Origin: an archaeon | Lineage (GTDB): Archaea; Thermoproteota; Nitrososphaeria; Nitrososphaerales; JACAEJ01 | Direction of reading: 5' to 3' | DNA length: 64,000 bases | NCBI GenBank assembly: GCA_024256285.1 | Contig: JACGUG010000001.1 | Location: forward strand, 93,771-157,770 | In this document: one piece after another, positions 30,954 through 39,834 of the stretch | Layout: the number at the start of each line of letters is the position of its first letter | How positions within the stretch are numbered: position 1 is the first letter of the stretch | The notes under the pieces: generated by a model | What the model was told of the DNA's origin: nothing | Databases searched by the model: none | The model's input: the letters and a program-made list of their open reading frames with translations, nothing else | Position numbers and translations under genes: made by a program

Positions 30954-31510
30954 ATTTAGAATTGTCCCTTGATGAGATAGCTGAAGAGATTAGAAGATGT
31001 AGGCTCTGTCCTTTACATGAAAGTAGGAGGAAGGCTGTGCCGGGAGAGGGTTCGGACAAGGCTCGATTGATGCTGATAGGTGAAGCACCAGGATCAGAAG
31101 AAGATGAACAAGGAAGACCCTTCGTAGGAAGGGCTGGAAGAATGCTTGATGAAACATTAAAATTTGCAAAACTCCAAAGAAGAGACTTGTTCATAACAAG
31201 CGTGGTAAAGTGCAGACCTCCTAACAACCGCCCTCCAAAAGTTGAGGAGAGAAGAACATGTTTGCCTTATCTAAAAAGGCAGATAGATGTAATAAAGCCG
31301 AAGATGATCTGCCTTTTAGGTATAGTGGCTCTGCAGACCCTTCTTAAAGAAGAATCAGCCACCAAGGCAAGAGGCAAAGTTATAGAAAAAGATGGACAAT
31401 TATACTTCTCCACCTACCATCCTGCAGCCTCTCTTTATAATGTCGGTTTGAAGTCTGTAATCTATTCAGATATGAAGGAGATCAAGGAATTACTTGAAAA
31501 TTCTTACTGA
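30938..31510 (+). CDS. udg: family 4 (thermostable, Fe-S) uracil-DNA glycosylase
   Basis: [26 protein letters not shown] and YHPAA motifs. The TTG start overlaps the ilvD end, so the exact start is uncertain. Confidence 0.8.
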   Translation: MHIGINLELSLDEIAEEIRRCRLCPLHESRRKAVPGEGSDKARLMLIGEAPGSEEDEQGRPFVGRAGRMLDETLKFAKLQRRDLFITSVVKCRPPNNRPPKVEERRTCLPYLKRQIDVIKPKMICLLGIVALQTLLKEESATKARGKVIEKDGQLYFSTYHPAASLYNVGLKSVIYSDMKEIKELLENSY

Positions 31511-31719
31511 TTTTGGGATGAATTGGAGAAGTTGAAACTACTTTTCCAATCTAGAAGTCTTCTTTCTCCCTCGATCTTAGCTATCTCCATCGGACTCACA
31601 CCTTCCAGAACTCGTTTAAACCTCTCTTTAACTTCTTGCGGTGAAGCACCTGCATGAAGTTGCCTGATCAACTCCTTGAGGAGTTCCTTCTTATTCTCGT
31701 TCAACTTGTCAAACTTCAC
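31504..31719 (-). CDS. DUF438-like small protein, possibly a truncated remnant
   Basis: ELLKELIRQLHAGASPQEVKERFKRVLEGVSPMEIAKIE resembles the DUF438 N-terminal domain. Similarity stops after IEGE, and the last 19 residues are low-complexity. Confidence 0.4.
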   Translation of the reverse strand: MKFDKLNENKKELLKELIRQLHAGASPQEVKERFKRVLEGVSPMEIAKIEGERRLLDWKSSFNFSNSSQNQ

Positions 31720-31996
31720 TCTCTTTCTTCTTGGCCAATCTTTTAAGCTCCTCAGCTCTTGACAGCGGTATTAGACCCCTGTCTTTCAGGTCGTCTATAC
31801 ATTTTTCTGCATACTGACACCAGTTTACGCAAAACGGTGTGGCCTCTAGGTGTAAGGTGCGTCCACACTTCGGACATTCAGCCTCTGTCTCATCACTGAA
31901 GAACTCTACTTCTTCACCACAGGCTGGGCAGGTTCTTATTATTATACTTGCAGGTCCAACGAAGTCTCTAACCCCTGGACAATGCTTAAAGCTCAA
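31709..31996 (-). CDS. zinc-ribbon protein, uncharacterised
   Basis: 95 aa with CPACG...CPKCG plus further Cys residues (CVNWC, C). It overlaps both neighbours in an apparent operon with the ArsR gene. Confidence 0.5.
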   Translation of the reverse strand: MSFKHCPGVRDFVGPASIIIRTCPACGEEVEFFSDETEAECPKCGRTLHLEATPFCVNWCQYAEKCIDDLKDRGLIPLSRAEELKRLAKKKESEV

Positions 31997-32002
31997 TACT
32001 CA

Positions 32003-32314
32003 TCACCCAGGACATCTCCCTCTTAGTGGGCAGTAGTTCTCGACATGATCGTCGACGATCTTGAATAAAGCCTCCATCGTCTCCCTGTTTAACGAATAGA
32101 TCCGCTCTTTCCATCTCTTTTCAATGGAGACGAAACGACACCTAACCAGAGGCTTCAAATTGTGGGAGATCATACTCTGGTTCTGATCTAGGATCTGAGA
32201 TAGCTGAGTCACATTTTTTGGCCCCTTCCTCAGTTGTTCTAATATTCCCAAACGAGTTGGATTAGAAAGCGTTGAAAAGAAGAGGTGGCAATGCTCGCTC
32301 AAACCGCGTTTCAT
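32003..32314 (-). CDS. ArsR/SmtB family transcriptional regulator
   Basis: FSTLSNPTRLGILEQLRKGPKNVTQLSQIL...SHNLKPL is a typical ArsR HTH. Confidence 0.8.
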   Translation of the reverse strand: MKRGLSEHCHLFFSTLSNPTRLGILEQLRKGPKNVTQLSQILDQNQSMISHNLKPLVRCRFVSIEKRWKERIYSLNRETMEALFKIVDDHVENYCPLRGRCPG

Positions 32315-32328
32315 TCGTCTTCAACCTC

Positions 32329-32348
32329 ATATGAAGAACGTTTCATAT
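32329..32348. promoter_or_regulatory. inverted repeat ATATGAA-N6-TTCATAT between the TATA-like box and the arsR-family gene start
   Basis: 7-bp arms seen directly. TTTATAAA at 32350..32357 lies 36-43 nt upstream of the ATG at 32314. Confidence 0.4.
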
Positions 32349-32427
32349 ATTTATAAACCTTGTGCTTCTTGGGAGAGCAGAAATTCTTTTCCCAATCCTT
32401 GAAATTCTCCTATAAATGTTTTGGGAA

Positions 32428-32446
32428 GCTCCGGCCTAGGTTTAAA
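32428..32446. repeat. direct repeat of the tRNA-Glu 3' end (att-like)
   Basis: GCTCCGGCCTAGGTTTAAA versus GCTCCGGCCGGGATTTGAA at 33728..33746. The first 9 nt are exact and 15 of 19 match overall, in the same orientation and exactly 1300 nt apart. Confidence 0.55.
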
Positions 32447-32475
32447 TTATCGGAGTTTTAAGGTTCTCTTCTGAT

Positions 32476-32835
32476 CTAGTGGATTTGTTCTGCCTTGCGT
32501 GCGCTGATGTGCATGCGTTCCCGAAAGATTTCCCCAAAGGCTTTGCAAAAATATTCGCAGGCTGTTTGAATTCCTTTTCTTCCTTTTTCTGTTATGTAGT
32601 AGTTAGTTGCTCTTCCTTCTTTCTTTGATCGTATTAGACCTCGTTTCTTTAACTCCTTGAGCGCTGGATAAATGGTTCCAGGGTTGGGTTTGGTTCCCCT
32701 TCTCTTGCCGATCTCCTTTGCGAGTTCTTGTCCATACATAGGCTTCTTTGACAGCAACCAGAGTATCAGAAAGGAGAGCATTCCTCTCATATCGCAGCAT
32801 TCAGGGGGACATATGTCGTAGTTTCCCTTGGGCAT
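32476..32835 (-). CDS. PadR family transcriptional regulator
   Basis: LILWLLSKKPMYGQELAKEI...GTIYPALKELKKRGLI...YYITEKGRK is a canonical PadR wHTH. Confidence 0.85.
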   Translation of the reverse strand: MPKGNYDICPPECCDMRGMLSFLILWLLSKKPMYGQELAKEIGKRRGTKPNPGTIYPALKELKKRGLIRSKKEGRATNYYITEKGRKGIQTACEYFCKAFGEIFRERMHISARKAEQIH

Positions 32836-32848
32836 TAGTGGTCGTTAA

Positions 32849-32906
32849 TTATTGGGTATCCAATACATTTAAATATTGCTTCGCGCTATTATTGGACATC
32901 CAATAC
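32849..32906. promoter_or_regulatory. two 18-nt palindromic operator-like boxes in the padR/arsM divergent promoter
   Basis: TTATTGGGTATCCAATAC (32849..32866) and TTATTGGACATCCAATAC (32889..32906) match at 16 of 18 positions. Each has TATTGG/CCAATA arms, and TTTAAATA lies between them. Confidence 0.5.
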
Positions 32907-32921
32907 AAGATCTGATCGTGT

Positions 32922-33671
32922 ATGACAAAGAAAAACGAGAAAATCAAACAGCACGTGAAAAAAACCTACGCGGAACTGGCAAAGGGAACTTCGTGCTGCG
33001 ACGCAACGACCTGTTGCAGTCCAAGTTCAAGAACCTTACATGCCAAGATGATTGGTTACTCAGACGAAGAACTTAAAGGCTTGCCGGATTCCGTGGTAAG
33101 AACAGTAGCAGGCTGTGGCAACCCGACCGCTTTAGCGGATCTGAGGGAAGGAGAGGTCGTTCTTGACCTTGGCTCTGGGGGAGGTATAGACGCGTTTTTG
33201 GCAACCAAGAAAGTCGGTCCTAAGGGGAAAGTGATAGGGGTGGACATGACTGAGGAAATGGTTCAACTCGCCAAGAAAAACGCTGAAAGAATGAAGACTG
33301 ATAATGTGGAGTTTCGGCTGGGTGAAATCGAAAGCCTTCCTGTCGAAAACGGAACAGTCGATATTATAATCAGCAATTGCGTCATCAACCTCTCACTCGA
33401 TAAAGGCAAAGTCTTCAGCGAAGCCTTTAGAGTACTAAAACCCGGAGGACGCATGCTGATTTCCGACATAGTTACGCAAGGTGAACTTCCTAACGAAATT
33501 CGTGAAGATCCAAAAATGTGGGCTGCTTGCGTAGCCGGAGCGCTAGATGAAACAGACTATCTTCAGAAAATCAGAAACGCGGGTTTCGAAAAAGTGGAAG
33601 TAATAGCAAAAAACGATTTTATTAAGATGGTTTCAAGCATCAAAGTGCGAGCCTACAAACCTTCTGACTAG
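32922..33671 (+). CDS. arsM: arsenite S-adenosylmethionine methyltransferase-like
   Basis: Cys-rich N-terminus ([10 protein letters not shown]), the SAM motif [11 protein letters not shown], and Cys residues in GCGNP, SNCVINL and ACVAGA contexts as in ArsM enzymes. Confidence 0.75.
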   Translation: MTKKNEKIKQHVKKTYAELAKGTSCCDATTCCSPSSRTLHAKMIGYSDEELKGLPDSVVRTVAGCGNPTALADLREGEVVLDLGSGGGIDAFLATKKVGPKGKVIGVDMTEEMVQLAKKNAERMKTDNVEFRLGEIESLPVENGTVDIIISNCVINLSLDKGKVFSEAFRVLKPGGRMLISDIVTQGELPNEIREDPKMWAACVAGALDETDYLQKIRNAGFEKVEVIAKNDFIKMVSSIKVRAYKPSD

Positions 33672-33726
33672 AGACGCGCTTGGAGTTCCAAAAATAGACG
33701 CTTATGAATGCGCGCCACAAGTTTGG

Positions 33727-33827
33727 TGCTCCGGCCGGGATTTGAACCCGGGTCGGCGGCTATAGGTCTGAACTCCCCGCCCCAACTCGAGAGGCCGCTA
33801 TGCTTGGCCGGACTACACTACCGGAGC
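33727..33827 (-). tRNA. tRNA-Glu(CUC) with a 26-nt intron at the canonical 37/38 position
   Basis: Hand fold: acceptor GCUCCGG/CCGGAGC, D arm GUGU-AGUCCGGCCAA-GCAU, anticodon stem GCGGC/GCCGC, loop CUCUCG[intron]A, T arm CCGGG-UUCAAAU-CCCGG. The intron is about 33762..33787. Confidence 0.85.
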
Positions 33828-33874
33828 TAAGTTGATGAGATCAGATCGATAGTAATACTTTACTTTTACTGTAT

Positions 33875-34102
33875 TCAAAGGGTAGTCTTTAACACCGACT
33901 TCACAGCCAATCTTATATCCGAAGCCTTTACAGTCTTTCTGCCAGCATGAGCAGCAAAATCTATGGCTTGCTTTGCCAAAAGCTTTCCAATCTCTTCAAG
34001 AGTGGCCCTTAGCTCTTCAGCGGCATCGTCCCCAACCCTATTTGCCCCTGCCTTCTTAATCATTCTATAAACAGCTGCCAATCCAAGTTCTGTATCGGAC
34101 AT
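33875..34102 (-). CDS. archaeal histone (HMf family)
   Basis: 75 aa histone fold: LAAVYRMIKKAGANRVGDDAAEELRATLEEIGKLLAKQAIDFAAHAGRKTVKASDIRLA. Confidence 0.9.
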   Translation of the reverse strand: MSDTELGLAAVYRMIKKAGANRVGDDAAEELRATLEEIGKLLAKQAIDFAAHAGRKTVKASDIRLAVKSVLKTTL

Positions 34103-34207
34103 TCTTCCACAGTTCGAGACAAAAGGAATCTGTATTTAACTTTATTCACAACGTAAGGATTAATTAATTAATCAATCAATTAATTAAAATAAGCTCCATC
34201 GATAGTC

Positions 34208-34978
34208 ATGGGCATGCCCATAAAACTCATCGATGCGCACATGCACCTTGCAGACCCAGACTTTGGTAAAGACATTCAACATATAATCGTCTTTTTAAAG
34301 AACATCGAGATCGTCTTGTTCTCGAACTCCATGGATCTGAACTCTTCTATGGAGACTTTAAGTCTATCTGAATCTCTTGGTGGCAAATTGCTACCTTTCG
34401 TTGGGATACATCCTTGGTCCATGCAAGAGGCTGATTTAGAGGAGTTTGAGACCTTTCTAAACAGAGAGAAGGACCGTATATGTGGAATAGGAGAGGTAGG
34501 GTTGGATAAAAAGTATGCTGTTGATGAAGAGGCTTATCGAAGACAGAAATCGGTATTTGAAAAGCTCTTAGAGTTGGCTGAAAAATTCGAAAAGCCAGTC
34601 TCAATCCACTCAAGAGGGTCCCAAAAGGACGTAATCGATATCCTCTCTTCATTCAGGATAAAGGGCATGCTTCATTGGTTCAGTGGCGATCTTCAACAAT
34701 TGAGTAGAGCTGTGGATAGGGGATACTATGTATCTTTTGGACCTACGATCATCTATTCAAAGAGATCGAGAGCTCTGGCTGAGAAGACGCCAAGGGAACT
34801 GATACTCACGGAGACAGACGGTCCTGTAAGGTATGCTTGCTTTGGAGGTAAGCCTGCACTACCAGCCTTCCTCCCCAGCGTAGTCTTTGCCCTATCTTCC
34901 ACATTGAAATTAAACTTCGAAGAGACTGCCAACTTGGTGAGGGAGAACTCATCCTCATACATGGATGTGCAACTTTAA
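34208..34978 (+). CDS. tatD: TatD family metal-dependent hydrolase
   Basis: IDAHMHL, GEVGLD, SIHSR and LHWFSG motifs. Confidence 0.8.
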   Translation: MGMPIKLIDAHMHLADPDFGKDIQHIIVFLKNIEIVLFSNSMDLNSSMETLSLSESLGGKLLPFVGIHPWSMQEADLEEFETFLNREKDRICGIGEVGLDKKYAVDEEAYRRQKSVFEKLLELAEKFEKPVSIHSRGSQKDVIDILSSFRIKGMLHWFSGDLQQLSRAVDRGYYVSFGPTIIYSKRSRALAEKTPRELILTETDGPVRYACFGGKPALPAFLPSVVFALSSTLKLNFEETANLVRENSSSYMDVQL

Positions 34979-35032
34979 TTCAAAAACGAAAGATTATTTA
35001 TTTTTGCATGAGTATATTCAAATCTGGCTCCA

Positions 35033-35374
35033 ATGCCATCGACCAAAGAGTACCGTGAGAGAATCTACATCAGGAAGGATATAATACTGAAGTTGGTACA
35101 GTACAGCTCCTTAACTCAGACAGCTTTACTGAGCTACTGTGGCTTGAACCTTCAAAAGCATAAAGAGATATTGGACGGGATGGCAGAAAAAGGTCTGATA
35201 GCCAAGACTGAGAAGATGTGGGGGAGCAAGAAGATAACCATTTACAAGGCGACTGAGAAGGGGAGGCAGTTTTGTAAGATAATCTTGGAGCCTTACGAAG
35301 CTCTCTTTCCAAGATTTAAAAAAAGGAGCAGATCGAAACGTCGTGAACTTAGTTTCGGAAACGATTTATCTTAG
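35033..35374 (+). CDS. winged-helix DNA-binding protein, uncharacterised
   Basis: 113 aa. The pattern LTQTALLSYCGLNLQKHKEILDGMAEKGLI...IYKATEKGRQF looks like a wHTH, followed by a basic tail. Confidence 0.5.
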   Translation: MPSTKEYRERIYIRKDIILKLVQYSSLTQTALLSYCGLNLQKHKEILDGMAEKGLIAKTEKMWGSKKITIYKATEKGRQFCKIILEPYEALFPRFKKRSRSKRRELSFGNDLS

Positions 35375-35385
35375 GTCGATCTATA

Positions 35386-35775
35386 TTGGTGAGAAGATTG
35401 GGCAGAGATGAGGAGAAGCCTGAAGAGGGAGAAAGCCTACTAGAGACCTTAGACGATCTGATATTCCATATGAACGATGCTAGGGTAACGTTCATCATTT
35501 TGAGCATATCTTCTCTGATAATCGCTCCTATAGCGATAATAATGGCGATAGTCTTCACGTTCAATCCAGCCTTCTTACGTTGGCTTTTAAATAGAAACCT
35601 ATTCTTCGGCTTGATCTTCTTGATCTACATAATATTAGTGGTGATACTGTCTTCGATATGGCTCTTTGTGGGTTTGAGAGAGTACCGTTTCTTATCGAAG
35701 TGGAACGAACGCTTCAAAAAGTACATCTCACTAAAGGAGAGGGTTGACAGAGAACTTCAGAAAGAACTTGAGTAA
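35386..35775 (+). CDS. membrane protein, hypothetical
   Basis: 129 aa with two long hydrophobic helices. TTG start. Confidence 0.45.
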   Translation: MVRRLGRDEEKPEEGESLLETLDDLIFHMNDARVTFIILSISSLIIAPIAIIMAIVFTFNPAFLRWLLNRNLFFGLIFLIYIILVVILSSIWLFVGLREYRFLSKWNERFKKYISLKERVDRELQKELE

Positions 35776-35844
35776 CTTTGTTCCTTAACAATGTCCCGCA
35801 ATCGACTATTATTAGTTGATTCTAGGTTATTTGGAGGTGATAGA

Positions 35845-36387
35845 ATGGTCAGTAGGAAGAAGTTAGGGATATCGTTGGTGGCTTTAGCGCTGGTAAGCAC
35901 AGTAGCGATAGTTGCGTTCTCGACTCCTATCTTTGCATCTGCCATGACTGAACAGACAGACCCTACAATAGAAGTAAAGGTGACTACCATTGAGGGCGAG
36001 GCGAGAGTCGATGGAGTGGTGGTGGGTACTGCATCGATAGAGTTCACTGCAACGCCGGCTGCTGGTGGACCGATATACTTCAGGGATCGTGCAGTTAGAA
36101 TCTTCAAGATAACGGAAGGAAGCATAACCATCACTGATGGTGAAACAACTACTTACACCATGATTCCAGAGACTTGGGAGGGGATATCGAGGGTAAATGG
36201 CAGGAGATTCATCGCTGTAGGAGATGTGTTTGATGACGATGAGAACGAATTCATCGTTGCTTTACATGGATTTGCAGTGGCCCACTTCTTTTCAGATGGC
36301 AGTACAGTGATGAGGGTAGACGGCACACTTAGAGGAGATAGTCTAAACTACCACTTGGTCTTCATAGTAGAGGCCCACTTAGAGTGA
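35845..36387 (+). CDS. secreted or membrane-anchored hypothetical protein
   Basis: The ATG at 35845 follows GGAGGTGA. The signal-like N-terminus is MVSRKKLGISLVALALVSTVAIVAFSTPIFASA. Confidence 0.5.
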   Translation: MVSRKKLGISLVALALVSTVAIVAFSTPIFASAMTEQTDPTIEVKVTTIEGEARVDGVVVGTASIEFTATPAAGGPIYFRDRAVRIFKITEGSITITDGETTTYTMIPETWEGISRVNGRRFIAVGDVFDDDENEFIVALHGFAVAHFFSDGSTVMRVDGTLRGDSLNYHLVFIVEAHLE

Positions 36388-36515
36388 ATGATGTAAACTC
36401 TAATATCCACATCTATAATTCCTATCAAGTACTCGATCTAACCGATTTAACCAATTCTAAAGTTCCAGGTAGTATCTCTGTCGAATTCAGCCCCATTAGC
36501 TTTAAAATCTAGCGG

Positions 36516-36543
36516 GGGATGTGGTCAACATCCCTTAATTTTT
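36516..36543 (+). terminator. hairpin plus T-tract
   Basis: GGGATGT-GGTCA-ACATCCC (7-bp perfect stem) is followed by TTAATTTTT, about 130 nt after the stop at 36387. Confidence 0.3.
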
Positions 36544-36744
36544 GATATTTAATGAACACCTGATAGGTTTATGCGAGAGTATCTCTTGAGTAAGCTTATA
36601 ATTTAACTGAACTGCTTTGACTCATAACACATCTTTAGGTAAGGATATAAAATATTTGAACCCTATACCACGAAGATGCATCAGAACCAGTTTGCGCAAC
36701 TCTTAAATAAAATTAAGATAGTGAACCCAAAGGGATACGATACT

Positions 36745-37062
36745 ATGAGTATAGTGGCGATAGGCGACGAGTTCTTCATCACTAACTTCAGATTGGTAGG
36801 AGTTCCAGGCGTTGTAATCAAGAATGAAGCAGAAGCAAGAAATAAGATAGAGGAACTCATAAAGGAAAGAAAATGTAAAATAGTCGTAATATCGGAGAGC
36901 ATAGCGATAAAATTGAAAAAGGATAGAGCGAAATGGAGAGAACGCGTTTACCCTATCTTTGCCATCGTCCCAGGCTTAGAAGGACCCAAAGGCGAGAGGT
37001 TGAATGAGCTTTATTTTCTTGTAAGTCAAGCTGTTGGAGTAAAACTTAAACTGGAGAGATGA
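36745..37062 (+). CDS. atpF: A-type ATP synthase subunit F
   Basis: MSIVAIGDEFFITNFRLVGV is a typical subunit F N-terminus. I prefer the ATG at 36745 over the upstream start at 36676. Confidence 0.8.
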   Translation: MSIVAIGDEFFITNFRLVGVPGVVIKNEAEARNKIEELIKERKCKIVVISESIAIKLKKDRAKWRERVYPIFAIVPGLEGPKGERLNELYFLVSQAVGVKLKLER

Positions 37063-37379
37063 AGATGTCTTTAGATATAATAGACCTTATTGAAGAAGAG
37101 AAAAGGGCCGAGGAGACTATAGAAGACGCCAAAAGGAAGGCCAACAAAATCTTAGAAGACGCCAAAAGAATGGCTGGAGAGATTGTAGAAAAAGGTCAGA
37201 GAGAAAAATTCTTCCAAGATTTTATCGATAAAAGGACAAGCGAAATAGATGAGGATAAGAAGATGATAATGAAGCAGTTTGAAGATGAATGTGAAAATCT
37301 AGCAAAAAAGGCTGAGGCGAACTTAAGTAAGGTTGTAGATTTCGTTTTAGAGAAGGTTTTAGGTGTGGAATATGAGTAA
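37059..37379 (+). CDS. atpH: A-type ATP synthase subunit H (peripheral stalk, G-like)
   Basis: 106 aa charged coiled-coil protein located between the F and E genes. Confidence 0.6.
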   Translation: MKMSLDIIDLIEEEKRAEETIEDAKRKANKILEDAKRMAGEIVEKGQREKFFQDFIDKRTSEIDEDKKMIMKQFEDECENLAKKAEANLSKVVDFVLEKVLGVEYE

Positions 37380-37998
37380 AGAGAGTCTCAAACTTTACAT
37401 AAAAGACAGGACTGAGGAAGAAGTAAAGAAGATCGTCAGTGAGGCCGAAAACGCTGCCGATAAGATAATCGGAGAGGCTAGGAGTAAGATTGCTCGAATA
37501 AAAGACGAAAAACTCAGAAAGGTAAAGAAAGAAATGGATGAGAAGGAGAAGGCAGAGATATCTCTAACTAAGATGGATGGTAGAAGAAGGGTCATGGAGG
37601 TTAAAGAAGAATTCTTGAAAAAGACTTTTGATGAGGTTAAAAAAAGGTTGAAAAACTTTTCATCCAGCAAAACGAATGAGAGGTATCAAGACATACTCAC
37701 CGCTCTAGCTATAGAAGCGATGTCTGGCATCGAAAGTAAAGAGGTAAAAATCTCTGCAAATAAGGGCGATCTTGATTTTTTAAGAAAAAATACTCAAGTT
37801 ATCAAGAGCGCTCTTTCAAAGATGAAGGGGAGTGAAGTAGATATGGAGCTAGACGGTAAAGCCATCGATACTATCGGCGGAGTCATCGCATATTCGATGG
37901 ATGGTAAAAAGATTTACAATAACACTCTTGAGACGCGGTTGGGCAAAGTATTTGAAGAAGTAAAGGGAAAAATTTTAAACGTGTTATTTGAGGAGTGA
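37372..37998 (+). CDS. atpE: A-type ATP synthase subunit E
   Basis: About 208 aa with an N-terminal long helix and a C-terminal globular domain (GGVIAYSMDGKKIYNNTLETRL). Confidence 0.8.
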   Translation: MSKESLKLYIKDRTEEEVKKIVSEAENAADKIIGEARSKIARIKDEKLRKVKKEMDEKEKAEISLTKMDGRRRVMEVKEEFLKKTFDEVKKRLKNFSSSKTNERYQDILTALAIEAMSGIESKEVKISANKGDLDFLRKNTQVIKSALSKMKGSEVDMELDGKAIDTIGGVIAYSMDGKKIYNNTLETRLGKVFEEVKGKILNVLFEE

Positions 37999-38004
37999 AC
38001 CTAT

Positions 38005-39828
38005 GTGAGGAAGGGAGAAATAGAGAGGATAACTGGGTCTGTTATAATCACTTCAGGCATTGAAGACATTTCCATAGGCGAAGTTGTTGAAGTCGGAGAA
38101 GAAGGCTTAGTAGGTGAAACCATAAGGATAGATAAATTTGGTAAACTCTTTACAGTACAGGTCTATGAAACGACGAGCGGTATAAGGCCTGGAGAAAAGG
38201 TTGTTGCAACGGGTAAAAGGCTCGTTTCTGAATTAGGCCCAGGGCTTTTGAACAGCGTATTTGATGGAATAGAAAGGCCTCTAGAAGAACTAATAAAATT
38301 GGGAGGCCCTTTAATAGGTAGAGGAATCAAAGTTAACTCTCTATCACGCAAGGCTAAATGGCTTTTCAAGCCGACAGTGAAACCCAAAACGATCGTTAAT
38401 GAAGGAGACATCATAGGTGAAGTTGACGAAACACAAGCGATTAAACATAAAATCCTAGTCCCAATAGGAGTAAAAGGAGAAGTAGTTAAGATCGAAGAAG
38501 GGGAATTCCATGTTGATGATGATATCGCTATAATCCAGTCGAATGGAGGAAAGGTCAGCTTAAAGATGCTTCAGGAATGGCCCGTAAGAATACCTAGGCC
38601 CTCCTCTAAAAGATTGCCATTAACGACGCCTTTGATAACGGGTCAGAGGGTCATAGACACATTTTTCCCTGTAAGCAAAGGTGGGGCGGCAAGCATACCC
38701 GGAGGGTTCGGAACAGGAAAGACTGTTATGCTTCATCAGCTTGCAAAGTGGAGCGAGGCCCAAGTTGTGACCTACATCGGGTGTGGTGAAAGAGGTAACG
38801 AGATGTGTGAAGTTCTTACAGATTTTCCCGAGCTTAAAGACCCTAGAACAGGAAGACCTCTTATGGAAAGGACTCTACTTATAGCCAATACGAGCAACAT
38901 GCCTGTATCGGCTAGAGAAGCCAGTATATACATGGGCGCGACGATGGCTGAATATTACAGAGATATGGGTTATGATGTGGGTTTAATGGCCGATTCGACG
39001 TCTAGATGGGCTGAAGCATTAAGAGAGATATCTGGCAGATTGGAGGAGATGCCCGTCGAACAAGGTTATCCTGCCTATTTGCCTGATAGGGTGGCTGAAT
39101 TCTATGAAAGGGCTGGAAGGGTCAAGGTTCTAGGAAAGCCTGAGAGGGAAGGCTCTTTAACGATCATGGGAGCCGTCTCACCACCAGGCGGAGACTTTAA
39201 TGAGCCTGTGACTATATACACATTGAGATTTACTGGAGTTTTCTGGGCCCTTGATGCTGAATTGGCCTACAGCAGGCATTTCCCAGCCATAAACTGGCTT
39301 AGGAGCTATAGCCTCTACTCAAGCCGTCTCGGGCCTGCGGGAGACCTTTCACCGAAGCTTGAGAGTATATCACAGTACTCATGTAAACTCGTAGAGTGGT
39401 GGCGTGAAACCTTCGAAACTTTTCCTGAATATAGAAGTGAAGCCCTTACTATACTGAGCGCAGCGGCTGAGATAGAGTCTATAGCGAGAATCATCGGTGA
39501 AAGCGCCCTTCCAGACGATCAGAGACTCACTCTTCTTACCGCAGAGCTCTTAAAAGAAGGCTTTCTAAGACAGCATGCTTATCATGAAGTTGACGCTTTC
39601 TGTGAGACTGAGAAACAGGCACTGCTCTTGAGGATGATGATCGACTTTCATAATAAGGCTCGTAATTTGATCTTGAGCAGAGTTCCTATCGACAGGATAA
39701 GGTCTCTTCCACAGATTTCAAGGATGATCAGAGTCAAGGAGGACAAGGAAGGGATAGTTGTGATAGAAAAGCTTATGGATGAGGTCACGGGCGAGTTGAA
39801 TAAGATAGCATCAGAATATAAAGTATAG
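38005..39828 (+). CDS. atpA: A-type ATP synthase catalytic subunit A
   Basis: Walker A GGFGTGKT, the non-homologous insert region, and 607 aa length. Confidence 0.95.
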   Translation: MRKGEIERITGSVIITSGIEDISIGEVVEVGEEGLVGETIRIDKFGKLFTVQVYETTSGIRPGEKVVATGKRLVSELGPGLLNSVFDGIERPLEELIKLGGPLIGRGIKVNSLSRKAKWLFKPTVKPKTIVNEGDIIGEVDETQAIKHKILVPIGVKGEVVKIEEGEFHVDDDIAIIQSNGGKVSLKMLQEWPVRIPRPSSKRLPLTTPLITGQRVIDTFFPVSKGGAASIPGGFGTGKTVMLHQLAKWSEAQVVTYIGCGERGNEMCEVLTDFPELKDPRTGRPLMERTLLIANTSNMPVSAREASIYMGATMAEYYRDMGYDVGLMADSTSRWAEALREISGRLEEMPVEQGYPAYLPDRVAEFYERAGRVKVLGKPEREGSLTIMGAVSPPGGDFNEPVTIYTLRFTGVFWALDAELAYSRHFPAINWLRSYSLYSSRLGPAGDLSPKLESISQYSCKLVEWWRETFETFPEYRSEALTILSAAAEIESIARIIGESALPDDQRLTLLTAELLKEGFLRQHAYHEVDAFCETEKQALLLRMMIDFHNKARNLILSRVPIDRIRSLPQISRMIRVKEDKEGIVVIEKLMDEVTGELNKIASEYKV

Positions 39829-39834
39829 TGATGA

